Position numbers and translations under genes: made by a program. A stretch of 44,967 nucleotides of DNA from an uncultured delta proteobacterium (GTDB lineage Bacteria > Myxococcota_A > Polyangia > Polyangiales > Polyangiaceae). Shown here piece after piece: positions 1 to 9,897 of this stretch (the stretch's first letter is position 1; each line of letters opens with the position of its first letter). The stretch covers positions 300,948 to 345,914 of the forward strand of contig CAVSWE010000003.1 of NCBI GenBank assembly GCA_963731595.1, written 5' to 3'. A model generated the notes under the pieces. It was not told the DNA's origin, ran no database searches, and saw nothing but the letters and a program-made list of their open reading frames with translations.

Positions 1-115
1 CAAGCGCTTCGACGATATGCGTCTGCGGCGTGATGGGATAGGCGCAGATTACCTGGGGCCGGCAAAGCGCGATCGCCTCTGCAACCGCGCGCGATCCTTC
101 GGTCTGTTTAAGCAT
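1..115 (-). CDS. 2-oxoacid:ferredoxin oxidoreductase alpha subunit. Only the N-terminal 38 codons are present because the gene runs off the left edge.
   Basis: The reverse strand reads [38 protein letters not shown], a typical PorA/KorA N-terminus with the YPITPQT motif. The ATG at 113-115 overlaps the end of the gamma subunit gene. Confidence 0.75.
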   Translation of the reverse strand, partial: MLKQTEGSRAVAEAIALCRPQVICAYPITPQTHIVEAL

Positions 116-734
116 CGATCGTGTCTTTCGCTTGGGCGGCGAGCTCGAATGCTTCCGTCGCCGCGGCGACGTTCTTCTCCGCTACCGCCGCAGGAAATTT
201 CTGGCGGATGGCCGCGACGACCGAAGCCAGCGCGATCCGCTCAGTAACCGCGGCAAAGCCGCCGAGCAGCGCCGCGTTCGGCACCGGGCGGCCCACGTGC
301 TTGAGCGCAAGCTCGGTGGCCGGGAGCGAGCACAGGCGATAGCGCCCGACGCCCCGCGCGAACGGGCCCAGCCCGAGCTCGTCGAAGCTGCGCGTCGAGT
401 TGATCAGGATATAGCCATGCGGCTGGAGGCCACTGAACACGTCGACCTGATGCAGCAACGTCGGGTCCTGCACGATCAATGCATCGGGCTCCAGGACCGG
501 CTCGCGTAAGCGAATTTCCTTGTCGTCGATGCGGCAGAACGCCATCACGGGCGCGCCCATGCGCTCCGAGCCGAAGCTGGGAAACGCCTGGGCATAACGC
601 CCTTCGAGAAACGCCGCGACGGACAGCATTTCGGCGCCCGATACCACGCCCTGACCACCGCGGCCGTGAATCCGGATCTGGAACATGTCTGGTCGCGCCT
701 CGGTGTTCGCCGCAAGCCCTTGCGGCCCATTCAT
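108..734 (-). CDS. 2-oxoacid (pyruvate/2-ketoisovalerate type):ferredoxin oxidoreductase gamma subunit
   Basis: The ORF contains [21 protein letters not shown], the hallmark N-terminus of PorG-type gamma subunits. The start at 734 has AGGAGG about 10 nt upstream. The start at 686 (MFQIRIHG) is an equally plausible alternative. Confidence 0.85.
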   Translation of the reverse strand: MNGPQGLAANTEARPDMFQIRIHGRGGQGVVSGAEMLSVAAFLEGRYAQAFPSFGSERMGAPVMAFCRIDDKEIRLREPVLEPDALIVQDPTLLHQVDVFSGLQPHGYILINSTRSFDELGLGPFARGVGRYRLCSLPATELALKHVGRPVPNAALLGGFAAVTERIALASVVAAIRQKFPAAVAEKNVAAATEAFELAAQAKDTIDA

Positions 735-789
735 TGGGGAAAATCCTCCTGCCGACCCGGGAATTGTCCCCGTATTGCCGAAACCTATC

Positions 790-803
790 TTGACGCAGGT
801 CAA
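790..803. promoter_or_regulatory. FNR/CRP-family palindromic box TTGAC-GCAG-GTCAA in the divergent por/frd intergenic region
   Basis: A perfect 5-4-5 inverted repeat lies about 145 nt upstream of the frdC ATG and 56-104 nt upstream of the porG start candidates. It matches the TTGAT-N4-ATCAA family consensus in 8 of 10 half-site positions. Confidence 0.4.
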
Positions 804-942
804 CACTCGCCGACGGACCACGCGCTAGCTTCACGGGGCCTCGCCCGGATGACTGCAGCGGCCCGTGGACGGGCCGTTTCAGCCGGGACCGCGAGCCCGG
901 AAACGAGCACGGCGTCGACCACGCCGGGAAAGGAAGCGCACG

Positions 943-1750
943 ATGGAGCATAGCGGCCCGCTCATCGCCGGCGTCGGGCTCACCGACCCTGCCCGGCGCA
1001 GCCATTGGCCGGCGAGGCTGGACCTGGCGCAGAGCGCCTCGGGTCTCCTGCTCGCGCTTTTCATGTGGGCGCATATGGCCTTCGTCTCGTCGATCCTGCT
1101 TGGCAAGGACGTCATGTGGATGGTCACGAAATTCTTTGAAGGCTATTTTCTCTTCGGCCGGTCCTATCCGGGGCTTGTCTCGACCGTGGTCGCGCTGGTC
1201 ATCGCGCTCGTGGTAACGCACGCCATTCTGGCGCTGCGCAAATTCCCGATTAACTACCGTCAGTTCAGCACCTTTCGCGGCCATATGCGGATGCTGCGGC
1301 ACGAGGACACAACGCTTTGGTTCTGGCAGGTTGTCACTGGCTTCGCCCTGTTCTTTCTCGCCTCGGTGCACCTCTACATCATGCTTACCCGGCCCGACCG
1401 TATCGGGCCGTTCGAATCCGCCGACCGGGTGTGGAGCGACCATTTCTGGCCGCTGTATATCGTGCTACTGCTGACCGTCGAGGTGCACGGCGGGGTCGGC
1501 CTGTACCGGCTTGGCCGTAAAATGGGGTTGGTTCGCAGGCGGCGATGCGAACGCGGTGCGGCGTCGGCTCAAGCTCGCCAAATGGGCGCTGACGGCCTTC
1601 TTTCTGGTCCTTGGCGTGGCGACTCTGGCCGCCTATATCAAGATCGGCATCGAGCACCGTGACCACTATGGCGAGCACTACGTTCCCGCGGCGCAGCAAG
1701 CGTCGTCACCCCAACCCGCCGCTGGGGGCGCGGCGGGGAGCCCTCGGTGA
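943..1750 (+). CDS. frdC: Fumarate reductase/succinate dehydrogenase dihaem cytochrome b subunit (type B, Wolinella-like), with one apparent +1 frame disruption near 1510
   Basis: The ATG at 943 follows AGGAAG. The protein reads MEHSGPL...[13 protein letters not shown]...HGGVGLYRL, then the frame must shift (cttGgcc) to continue [11 protein letters not shown]...[12 protein letters not shown]. The stop overlaps the frdA GTG as GTGA at 1747-1750. Confidence 0.8.
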
Positions 1751-3765
1751 ACGTGATCTACACCGACGTGCTGGTGATCGGCGGTGGCCTCGCCGGGTTG
1801 CGGATCGGCATCGGTGCCAAACGCCGCGGCCAAGACGTGATCATCCTGTCGCTCGTCCCGCCCAAGCGCTCGCACTCTGCGGCGGCGCAAGGCGGCATGC
1901 AGGCGAGCCTGGGCAACGTCGTCAAGGCGATGGGTGACAACGAGGACGTGCATTTCGAAGACACCGTGCGGGGCAGCGACTGGGGCGCCGATCAGCGCGT
2001 CGTGCGCATGTTCGTCGACACGGCGCCCAAGGCCGTGCGCGAGCTTGCCGCGTGGGGCGTGCCGTGGAGCCGCGTGCAGAAAGGTGACCGGAAGGTGATC
2101 ATCAACGGGCAGAAGGTCACGATCACGGAGCGCGACGAAGCGCATGGACTGGTGATGCAACGCGACTTCGGTGGTACCAAGAAATGGCGCGCCTGCTACG
2201 TCTCCGACGGCACGGGTCACGCCATGCTGTACGCGATGAGCGACCAGGCAATCGCCCACGCGATCAGCGTGCACGAGCGCATGGAGGCCCTGGCGCTGAT
2301 CCACGACGGGTCGCGCTGCTATGGTGCGGTAGTACGCAACCTCGTGACCGGGAAATTGGTCGCGTACGTCGCCAAGGCTACCGCCATTGCGAGCGGCGGC
2401 GCGGGACGCCTCTATCGCGCGACGACCAACGCGGTCATCTGCGAGGGCATCGGCACGGCGCTGGCGTTGGAGACCGGCGTGGCAATGGTAGCCAACATGG
2501 AGGCGATCCAGTTTCACCCGACGGCAATCTTTCCGGCATGCATTCTGGTCACCGAAGGCTGCCGTGGGGACGGTGGATTGCTGCGCGACGCTGCGGGCAA
2601 GCGCTTCATGCCCGACTACGAGCCGGAGAAGAAGGAACTCGCCTCGCGCGACGTCGTATCCCGGCGCATGGAAGAGCACATCCGCAGGGGCGCGGGCGTG
2701 AAGTCACGGTTCGGCGAGCATCTGTGGCTCGACATCACCCTGCTCGGGGCCAAGCACATCGACAGCAACCTGCGCGAAGTGAAGGAGATCTGCCACTATT
2801 TCCTCGGCATCGATCCGATCAAGGATTGGATACCGGTGCGACCGGCACAGCATTACACGATGGGCGGGATCCGGACCGACCACACCGGCGGTAGCCCGAC
2901 GCTCAAAGGACTCTACGCCGCCGGCGAAGCCGCGTGCTGGGACCTGCACGGCTTTAACCGCCTGGGTGGAAACTCGGTCGCGGAAACCGTCGTCGGCGGC
3001 ATGATCGTGGGCGAGTTCATCGCCGATTTCTGTGCTCGTCCCGAGAGCAACCTGCAGTTCTCCACCGGCCTGATCCGCGAATTCCTGGAGCACGAGCAGG
3101 CCAAGCTCGACGCGCTCGCCGGTAACCGGGGCGGGGAAGAAGCCAACGCATTGCGGGTCCGAATGCAGGAGATCATGACGACCAAGGTCGGGATCTTCCG
3201 CACCGGCGGGGAGCTTGCCGCCGCGGTCGAGGAGCTGCAGTCGCTGCTGCGGCGCAGTCAGAACATCGGCCTGCGCTGCACCGCAAGTGGCGCAAATCCG
3301 GAGCTCGTTTCCGCCTACCGGGTCCAGAAGATGCTGCGGCTGGCGCTGTGCGTCGCCTACGGCGCGCTGACTCGGACCGAGAGCCGGGGCGCGCATTTTC
3401 GCCATGACTATCCGCGGCGCGACGACGCCGAATGGCTGAACCGCACGCTAGCAACGTGGAAGAGCGCCGACGACATGCTGCCGACGCTGGCACGCGAATC
3501 GCTTGACGTGATGCAGATGGAGCTGCCGCCGGGGTGGCGCGGATATGGGGCGAAGGACTACGTCGAGCATCCCGACACGGCGCGTCGTACCGCGGAGGTG
3601 GAGGCGATCAGGACCAGGCTCGTCAGTGCCGGCCGCGGGGTCGTACAGGAGGCCCTGATGCCGTACGCTGAGCTCATGCCCGAGCGCTTCCGCGGACCCA
3701 ACGAGCGCATCGATGAGCCGCTGCCACCGTCTCCCGCAGGCCCGCAACGACCGAGCCCGACATGA
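1747..3765 (+). CDS. frdA: Fumarate reductase/succinate dehydrogenase flavoprotein subunit
   Basis: An intact 672-aa ORF. It shows the FAD-binding N-terminus [22 protein letters not shown] (the covalent-FAD histidine context), and [18 protein letters not shown] near the C-terminal domain. Confidence 0.95.
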   Translation: MNVIYTDVLVIGGGLAGLRIGIGAKRRGQDVIILSLVPPKRSHSAAAQGGMQASLGNVVKAMGDNEDVHFEDTVRGSDWGADQRVVRMFVDTAPKAVRELAAWGVPWSRVQKGDRKVIINGQKVTITERDEAHGLVMQRDFGGTKKWRACYVSDGTGHAMLYAMSDQAIAHAISVHERMEALALIHDGSRCYGAVVRNLVTGKLVAYVAKATAIASGGAGRLYRATTNAVICEGIGTALALETGVAMVANMEAIQFHPTAIFPACILVTEGCRGDGGLLRDAAGKRFMPDYEPEKKELASRDVVSRRMEEHIRRGAGVKSRFGEHLWLDITLLGAKHIDSNLREVKEICHYFLGIDPIKDWIPVRPAQHYTMGGIRTDHTGGSPTLKGLYAAGEAACWDLHGFNRLGGNSVAETVVGGMIVGEFIADFCARPESNLQFSTGLIREFLEHEQAKLDALAGNRGGEEANALRVRMQEIMTTKVGIFRTGGELAAAVEELQSLLRRSQNIGLRCTASGANPELVSAYRVQKMLRLALCVAYGALTRTESRGAHFRHDYPRRDDAEWLNRTLATWKSADDMLPTLARESLDVMQMELPPGWRGYGAKDYVEHPDTARRTAEVEAIRTRLVSAGRGVVQEALMPYAELMPERFRGPNERIDEPLPPSPAGPQRPSPT

Positions 3766-3822
3766 CCGGAGCCACCGCCATGGCCATCCCCGCCGGGGCC
3801 GCCTGAACGACCGCGGCGCAAG

Positions 3823-4536
3823 GTGCGGATTAGCGTCCTGCGCTACAACCCGCAGGAGCGCGGCAGTGTTCCCCGCATGCAGGCCTACGAACTCGAAGAG
3901 GCCGAGGGAATGACGCTGTTCATCGCGCTCAACGAAATCCGCGAAAAGCAGGACGCATCCCTGCAATTTGACTTCGTCTGCCGCGCCGGGATATGCGGCA
4001 GCTGCGGGATGCTGATCAATGGGCGCCCAGGGCTCGCCTGCCGTACGCTGACAAAGAACCTGGACCCGGAGATCACGCTGGCGCCCCTGCCGGTCTTCGA
4101 ATTGATCGCCGACCTTTCGGTGAACACCGGCAAGTGGATGCGGGCGATGAGCGAACGGCTGCAGACCTGGGTGCACATGCGCCAGAAAGAGGTGGACACT
4201 TCCCGGCTCGAGGAGCGCATGGAGCCGGAGCTGGCGCAGAAAATTTACGAACTTGATCGCTGCATTGAATGCGGGTGCTGCGTCGCCGGTTGTGGCACCG
4301 CGCGCATGCGCGAAGACTTTGTCGGCGCGGTCGGCCTGAACAAGATCGCCCGTTTCCGGCTCGACCCGCGCGACACGCGCACCGACGCAGACTTCTACGA
4401 ACTGGTCGGTGACGACAGCGGTGTATTCGGTTGCATGTCCTTGCTCGCTTGCCACGATGTCTGCCCGAAGGAGTTGCCGCTCGCAACGCAAATCGCCTTC
4501 ATGCGTCGCAAGATGGTGAGCATCGGTTGGAAATAG
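3823..4536 (+). CDS. frdB: Fumarate reductase/succinate dehydrogenase iron-sulfur subunit
   Basis: An intact 237-aa ORF with a GTG start. Cysteine motifs are CRAGICGSCGMLINGRPGLAC (2Fe-2S), CIECGCCVAGC and CMSLLACHDVCP (4Fe-4S/3Fe-4S). Confidence 0.93.
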   Translation: MRISVLRYNPQERGSVPRMQAYELEEAEGMTLFIALNEIREKQDASLQFDFVCRAGICGSCGMLINGRPGLACRTLTKNLDPEITLAPLPVFELIADLSVNTGKWMRAMSERLQTWVHMRQKEVDTSRLEERMEPELAQKIYELDRCIECGCCVAGCGTARMREDFVGAVGLNKIARFRLDPRDTRTDADFYELVGDDSGVFGCMSLLACHDVCPKELPLATQIAFMRRKMVSIGWK

Positions 4537-4568
4537 CAGCGTCTTTTTGCACCCTATGTGGAGGAGTC

Positions 4569-5575
4569 ATGAAGGTCGCAACGAAGTTTGCAACACTAAG
4601 TGTCGCACTGGCTAGTTTAGCGATTGCGTTCGGGGCACCCGCACAGCAGCCGATCATCATCAAGTTCAGCCACGTCGTTGCCGTCGACACGCCCAAGGGC
4701 AAGGGCGCGGAGAAATTCAAGCAGCTGGCCGAGGAGCGTACGAAGGGCCGGGTCAAGGTCGAGGTCTACCCGAACAGCACGCTGTACAAGGACGGCGAGG
4801 AAATCGACGCCCTGCAGCTGGGCTCGGTGCAGATGCTCGCCCCCTCGGTGGCCAAGTTCGGGCCGATGGGGGTGCGCGAATTCGAAGTCTTCGACCTGCC
4901 GTACATCTTTGACGACTTCGGCGAGCTGCACAAGGTCACCGAAGGCGCGGTTGGGAAACTGCTGTTCCAGAAACTCGATTCGAAGGGCATCGTCGGTCTT
5001 GCCTATTGGGACAACGGCTTCAAGGATTTCAGTGCCAACAAGCCGCTTAGGCTTCCCGGCGACGTCAGGGGTCTGAAGATGCGCATCCAGTCGTCGAAGG
5101 TGCTCGATGCCGAAATTCGTGCCCTCGGGGGGATTCCGCAGGTGATGGCCTTCTCCGAGGTGTATCAGGCGCTGCAGACCGGCGTGGTCGACGGCACCGA
5201 GAATCCACCGTCGAATTTCTATACCCAGAAGATGAACGAAGTGCAGAAGTATCTGACCCTGAGCGATCACGGCGTCATCGAATACGCGGTAATCGCGAAC
5301 AAGAAATTCTGGGATGGCTTGCCGGCGGATATCCGCACCATCCTCGAAGGCGCGATGAAGGATGCGACCAAATACGCCAACGACATCGCCAAGGAGGAGA
5401 ACGACAAGGCGCTCGCGGCGGTCAAGGCGACCGGGAAGACTGAAATCCTGACGCTCAGCCCCGATGCGAAGGCGGCCTGGAAAAAGGCGCTCTGCCGGTG
5501 CATCGAGAGATGGAAAGCCGGGTCGGCAAGGACATCATCCAGGAGGTCTACAAGGAAACCGGGTTCAAGCCCTGA
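4569..5575 (+). CDS. dctP: TRAP transporter C4-dicarboxylate-binding periplasmic protein DctP, with one apparent -1 frame disruption near 5491
   Basis: GGAGGA precedes the ATG at 4569. A signal peptide and a DctP-like body (IIIKFSHVVAVDTPKGKGAEKF...YWDNGFK) follow. After ...AKAAWKKAL the frame must change to read LPVHREMESRVGKDIIQEVYKETGFKP-stop at 5573-5575. Confidence 0.88.
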
Positions 5576-5624
5576 CCGAGCGTTGCAGCGCCTGATGCGC
5601 GAGCCGGGTTCGACGCAAACCGAC

Positions 5625-5652
5625 GCCGCTGCGGCCCGCAGCGGCTTTTTTG
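5625..5652 (+). terminator. Rho-independent terminator/attenuator between dctP and dctQ
   Basis: A 9-bp GC stem (GCCGCTGCG / CGCAGCGGC) with a 3-nt loop is followed directly by TTTTTT. Confidence 0.7.
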
Positions 5653-5694
5653 TGTGCAGCAGAACGGCGGTCGACCAACCGGGGACGCTTGCGC

Positions 5695-6306
5695 ATGCTG
5701 AAGCTCCTTGACCACCTCGAAGAGTGGCTCATCGCGCTGCTCATGGGCGGCGCGACGTTGATCATCTTCGTGGCCGTCGTTCACCGCTATGCCGCGGGCC
5801 TGCCCATCCCCGTGGTGCAGGACTGGCTGCTTGCGCTCAACCTGTCGTGGGCGCAGGAAGCATGCATCTACATGTTCGTATGGATGGCCAAGTTCGGTGC
5901 CGCTTACGGCGTGCGCACCGGCATCCACGTCGGCGTGGACGTGGTGATCAATCACCTGCCCGACGGCGTGCGCCGCAAGTTCATTCTTTTCGGACTGGGC
6001 GCCGGCGCGCTGTTCACCGGCGTGGTGGCCTCGTTCGGCGCCAGTTTCGTGTGGCAGCTCGCCCACACCGACCAGACCTCGCCCGACATGGAGCTGCCGA
6101 TGTGGCTGGTCTATCTGGCCATTCCCTGCGGCTCGGGGCTGATGTCCTTCCGCTTCCTCCAGGTGGCGTGGAACTTCTGGCGCACGGGCGAGCTGCCGCA
6201 TCACGACCCGACCGACGTGGCGGGCGTCGAAAAAATTGCCGACCAGGACGCCCACGTCGGCCTGGCGCAAGACAATCTTTTTCCCGCGCCGCCTGGCAAG
6301 CGCTGA
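5695..6306 (+). CDS. dctQ: TRAP transporter small permease DctQ
   Basis: Starts MLKLLDHLEEWLIALLMGGATLIIF and is a hydrophobic four-TM type protein. Its position between dctP and dctM fits. The ORF is intact. Confidence 0.85.
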   Translation: MLKLLDHLEEWLIALLMGGATLIIFVAVVHRYAAGLPIPVVQDWLLALNLSWAQEACIYMFVWMAKFGAAYGVRTGIHVGVDVVINHLPDGVRRKFILFGLGAGALFTGVVASFGASFVWQLAHTDQTSPDMELPMWLVYLAIPCGSGLMSFRFLQVAWNFWRTGELPHHDPTDVAGVEKIADQDAHVGLAQDNLFPAPPGKR

Positions 6307-6309
6307 GCC

Positions 6310-7605
6310 ATGACCTCCGCCATCATCTTCGGGCTGTTGATCGCGCTCATGCTCACCGGCATGCCCATCTCGATCGCGCTCGGGCTCACGGTCCTGACTT
6401 TCGTGTTCACCATGACCCAGGTGCCGATCGAATCGGTGGCCCTGAAGCTGTTCACCGGCATCGAGAAGTTCGAGATCATGGCCATCCCCTTCTTCATCCT
6501 CGCCGGCACTTTCCTCACCCATGGCGGGGTGGCGCGGCGGATGATCAATTTCGCCGCCTCCATGGTCGGCCATTGGCATGGAGGGCTGGCGCTCGCAGGC
6601 ATCATCGCCTGCGCGATGTTCGCGCTTGTATGCGGTTCGAGCGTCGCCACGGTGGTGGCCATCGGCTCCATCGTGCTGCCGGAGATGGTCAAGCGCGGCA
6701 TCCCCATGGACTTCGGCGCCGCCGTGATCACCGTCGCCGGTTCGCTCGGCATCCTGATGCTGCCGTCGATCCCCAAGGTCATCTACGCGATCGCCACCAA
6801 CACCTCGATCGGCGCGTTGTTTGTCGCCGGCCTGCTGCCGGGGATCCTGCTGACCACGATGCTCTGCCTGGTCACCTGGTATATCGCCAAGAAGCGCAAT
6901 TACCCGCGGCTGCCGCGCGAAAGCTGGGGCGCGCGCTTCAAGGCGTTCCGAGAGTCCGTCTGGGGCCTGATGCTCGTGGTCATCATCATCGGCGGCATCT
7001 ACTCGGGGATCTTCACCGCCACCGAGGCGGCCGCGATGGCCGCGGTGTACGCGTTCTTCGTGTCGGTGTTCGTGTACAAGGCCATGCCGCTCAAGGATTT
7101 GCGCAAGGTGCTGCTGACCTCGGCCAACATGAGCGCAATGCTGCTCTACATCATCACCAACGCGGCACTGTTCTCGTTCATCCTCACCAACGAGAACATT
7201 CCGCATGCCCTGGCGGACTGGATTATTGCCAAGGATCTGGGCTGGGTGGGGTTCCTGTTGCTGGCCAACGTGCTGTTGCTCCTGGCCGGCAATTTCATGG
7301 ACCCGTCCTCGGTCATTCTCATCATGGCGCCGATTCTCTACCCCGCGGCGATGACGCTCGGGATCAATCCGGTGCATCTCGGCATCCTGATCGACGTCAA
7401 CATGGAGGTCGGGCTCTGCCATCCCCCGGTGGGGCTCAATCTGTACGTGGCCTCGGGCATTTCGCGCCTCGGCATCACGCAGCTGACCAAGGCGCTGGTT
7501 CCCTGGCTCGTCACCATGCTGATCTTCCTGGTCATCGTCACCTATTGGCCGGCGCTGTCGACCTGGCTGCCGCAGAAGATGGGTATGATGGGGCCGTTGC
7601 CCTAG
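6310..7605 (+). CDS. dctM: TRAP transporter large permease DctM
   Basis: An intact 431-aa polytopic membrane ORF that starts 4 nt after the dctQ stop. It has a DctM-like sequence throughout. Confidence 0.92.
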   Translation: MTSAIIFGLLIALMLTGMPISIALGLTVLTFVFTMTQVPIESVALKLFTGIEKFEIMAIPFFILAGTFLTHGGVARRMINFAASMVGHWHGGLALAGIIACAMFALVCGSSVATVVAIGSIVLPEMVKRGIPMDFGAAVITVAGSLGILMLPSIPKVIYAIATNTSIGALFVAGLLPGILLTTMLCLVTWYIAKKRNYPRLPRESWGARFKAFRESVWGLMLVVIIIGGIYSGIFTATEAAAMAAVYAFFVSVFVYKAMPLKDLRKVLLTSANMSAMLLYIITNAALFSFILTNENIPHALADWIIAKDLGWVGFLLLANVLLLLAGNFMDPSSVILIMAPILYPAAMTLGINPVHLGILIDVNMEVGLCHPPVGLNLYVASGISRLGITQLTKALVPWLVTMLIFLVIVTYWPALSTWLPQKMGMMGPLP

Positions 7606-7701
7606 GTCCGGCGGGTCGAATCGACAAACGGCCGCTTTTCCGCGGCTATGTTACTCCGACCCACTTCGCAGATAAACTTCAGTTCTTTTGGCCCAACCAG
7701 T

Positions 7702-7953
7702 ATGCGGCTCGCAAAGTTCGTCAAGGTACGCGAGGAGAAATTTGGCGGCGTCCTCTTCGAGACGCGCTCGGAGAAGGTTTTTACGCTCAATCCAACGGCC
7801 ATGGCGGTCGTGCGCGAGATCGAAGCAGGCCATGACGAGCGCGAGATCGCCATGCGACTGAAGGCGCGCTTTAACGACAGTACCGACGTGATCGAGCGCG
7901 AAGTCGTCGCGTTCATCGCGGAGCTGCGGCAGAGAAGCCTTGTCGAGGGTTGA
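7702..7953 (+). CDS. PqqD/MftB-like peptide chaperone (RiPP recognition element protein)
   Basis: An 83-aa protein, MRLAKFVKVREEKFGGVLFETRSEKVFTLNPTAMAVVREIEAG... The R-E-x-FGgvL segment and overall size resemble the MftB RPExFGAL/PqqD family. Its end overlaps the next gene. Confidence 0.75.
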   Translation: MRLAKFVKVREEKFGGVLFETRSEKVFTLNPTAMAVVREIEAGHDEREIAMRLKARFNDSTDVIEREVVAFIAELRQRSLVEG

Positions 7954-8959
7954 GCGCGTGACAACATTGGCAACGGATAACGGACCCGACTCCGCGATCC
8001 CAGCGACGACCTCGACCTACGCCTGCTCGGAGGACCTCGCCGCGCCACTCTACGTGGCCTGGCAGATCACCAACGAATGCAACCTCGCCTGCCTGCACTG
8101 TATCGAGGAGAGCGGGCCGGGCAAGGCGTTCGCAGATGAGCTCGACGCGGCGCAGATATTCTCGGTGCTCGACCAGTTGCTGGACCACCAAGTCCCCTAC
8201 ATGTCCTTCTCGGGCGGCGAGCCTATGCTGCATCCGCAGTTCTTCGAGATGGTGGAGCACGTCTGCGCGCGTGGCGCCCAGCTCAAGATCGAGACCAACG
8301 GTCATTATCTGTCCGCCGAAAACTGTGCGCGGATGAAGGAACTCGGCGTCAAGGCGGTCCAGGTGAGCCTCGACGGCGCGTCCGCCAAGACGTTCGAGCG
8401 TATGCGCGTGCGCGGGAACTTCGATCGCACGCTCGATGGCCTGCGCAACCTTCGCGCGGCAGGCGTGCCCGTGGAGATTAACTTCTCGCCCGCCTGCTTC
8501 AACGTCCATGAGATCGGCGCGGTCGTCGACCTCGCATACAAGCTGGGCGCATACAGCTTCTACACCGGGACGCACGATGTACACCGGCAACGCCGTCAAG
8601 GCTTGGCGCCACCTGGAAGTTTCGGAGCCGAGCAATACGAGGCGTTCTTCGCTGTTCTGCGGCAAAAAGCCGAGGAGTACCACGGCCGCATGCGCGTCTA
8701 CTTTCACGAGGCGGGGTTGCTCGAGGAGCTGCGTTATCGCCTGCAGCACCCGGCTGCGCTGCTGATCGTGCTCCCGAACGGCCTGGTCAAGCTCATCAAC
8801 GCCTTGCCCTTCGTGTGCGGCGATTTTCGCCGCCAGACGCTGCGGGAAATCTGGGCGAATTTCCGCCGCGCCTGGCACGACCCGCGCGTGGCACAGTTCG
8901 TCGACGAGCTTGGCACCGACCCGGGCGGACACGGACGCTGCACCAATGGGTCTATCTTT
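7940..8959 (+). CDS. Radical SAM peptide-maturase-like protein, paralog 1 (MftC/PqqE-like N-terminal half, no SPASM cysteine cluster), frame-disrupted
   Basis: Motifs present: WQITNECNLACLHC (CxxxCxxC), FSGGEPMLHP, LKIETNG, VQVSLDGAS. Around 8568-8627 the paralog-conserved segment TGRTMYTGNAVKAWRHLEVS lies in another frame, implying two compensating shifts. The C-terminal LIVLPNGLVKLINALPFVCGDFRRQTLREIW is conserved. The true stop is uncertain: 8957-8959 if shifted at aatggg, otherwise the ORF runs to 9112. The start is TTG 7940 or GTG 7958. Confidence 0.75.
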
Positions 8960-9897
8960 GACTGCGCTGCCCGTGCGATCCGGCCGTTCGGCGCGCACGG
9001 CGCTGCACCGGCTGCTCGCCGTTTGCCGCCTGGTGCGCTACCGGTTTTTCCTATATGCCGGGCTGCTGCCGTATCTGCTCGGCGCGGCCTGGGCCTACGC
9101 TCGCGCTGGTAGCCTTCGACGCGCCGATTTTCTGGAGCGGCCTCGCGGGTGTAGTGCTCGCCGTAATCGGCGTCGAGGCATTCAACGAGTATTTCGATTC
9201 ACGCATGGGCACCGACCGCGTCTTCAACCCGGCCGAACTCCCGCCGATGTCTGACGCAGTGCTCTGGTTGGGCATTGCGGCCTTCGCCGGCGCGCTGGCG
9301 GTCGGCATCTACCTGACCGTGCGTGGCGGCTGGCCGATCCTGGCCTTCGCACTCCTGGGTGGAACGGCGGCGATCTTTTATGTGGCGCCCCCGATACGCT
9401 GGGCCTATCGTGGCCTGGGCGAACTGGTCATCGCCCTGTCCTACGGGCCCTGGATGGTACTGGGCAGCCTCTACCTGCAGAGCCAGGCGCTGTCGTGGGG
9501 GGCGCTCTTCGCGTCGCTCGTACCGGGATGCCTGATCATGGCGCTCGCGGTCGTCAACGCGATTCCCGATTACCACCAGGATCGCTTGGTCGGCAAGCGC
9601 AATCTCGTCGTGCGGCTCGGCCGCCGGCGCGCGGTTTGGCTGTATCTTGCCCTTGCGGCAGGCGGACTGCTGGTGGTGCCGGTCGGCGTAGCGAGCGGCA
9701 TCTCCCCGCCACCTGCCTGGCGGCCTTACTGGCGGTGCCGCTGCTCGTGGCCAGCGGCCGCTGCGCGCTGCGGCACTTATGAAACACCGCGCGCCTTTGT
9801 TCCCGCCGTGCGCAGCATCGTCGGCTGCTATCTGGTCGCCGTCGTGCTGTTCACCGCCGGCGTCCTGTGCAGTGGCGTAGCGTCCTTGCGCCCATGA
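8946..9897 (+). CDS. UbiA-superfamily (MenA-like) polyprenyltransferase, frame-disrupted
   Basis: First Asp-rich motif is AFNEYFDSRMGTD (NxxxDxxxxxxD form). Second motif is IPDYHQDRLVGKRNLVVRLG (MenA-like DxxxDxxxGKxxL). The protein is multi-TM and hydrophobic. Frame changes are needed near 9099, near 9700 and near 9775, where the alternate frame gives the hydrophobic LAALLAVPLLVASG. Its TGA overlaps the next ATG (ATGA at 9894-9897). Confidence 0.75.

Noticed and set aside
241-7835. Very long ORFs on the opposite strand or in alternate frames of the frd and dct genes. Examples are 241-1443 (-), 1678-2679 (-), 3448-4491 (-), 5548-7422 (-, 624 aa) and 5724-7835 (+, 703 aa).
   Set aside because: Their translations are Arg/Gly/Pro/Ala/His-rich low-complexity strings with no motifs. 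They overlap genes with unmistakable homology. These are typical stop-poor shadow frames of high-GC DNA.
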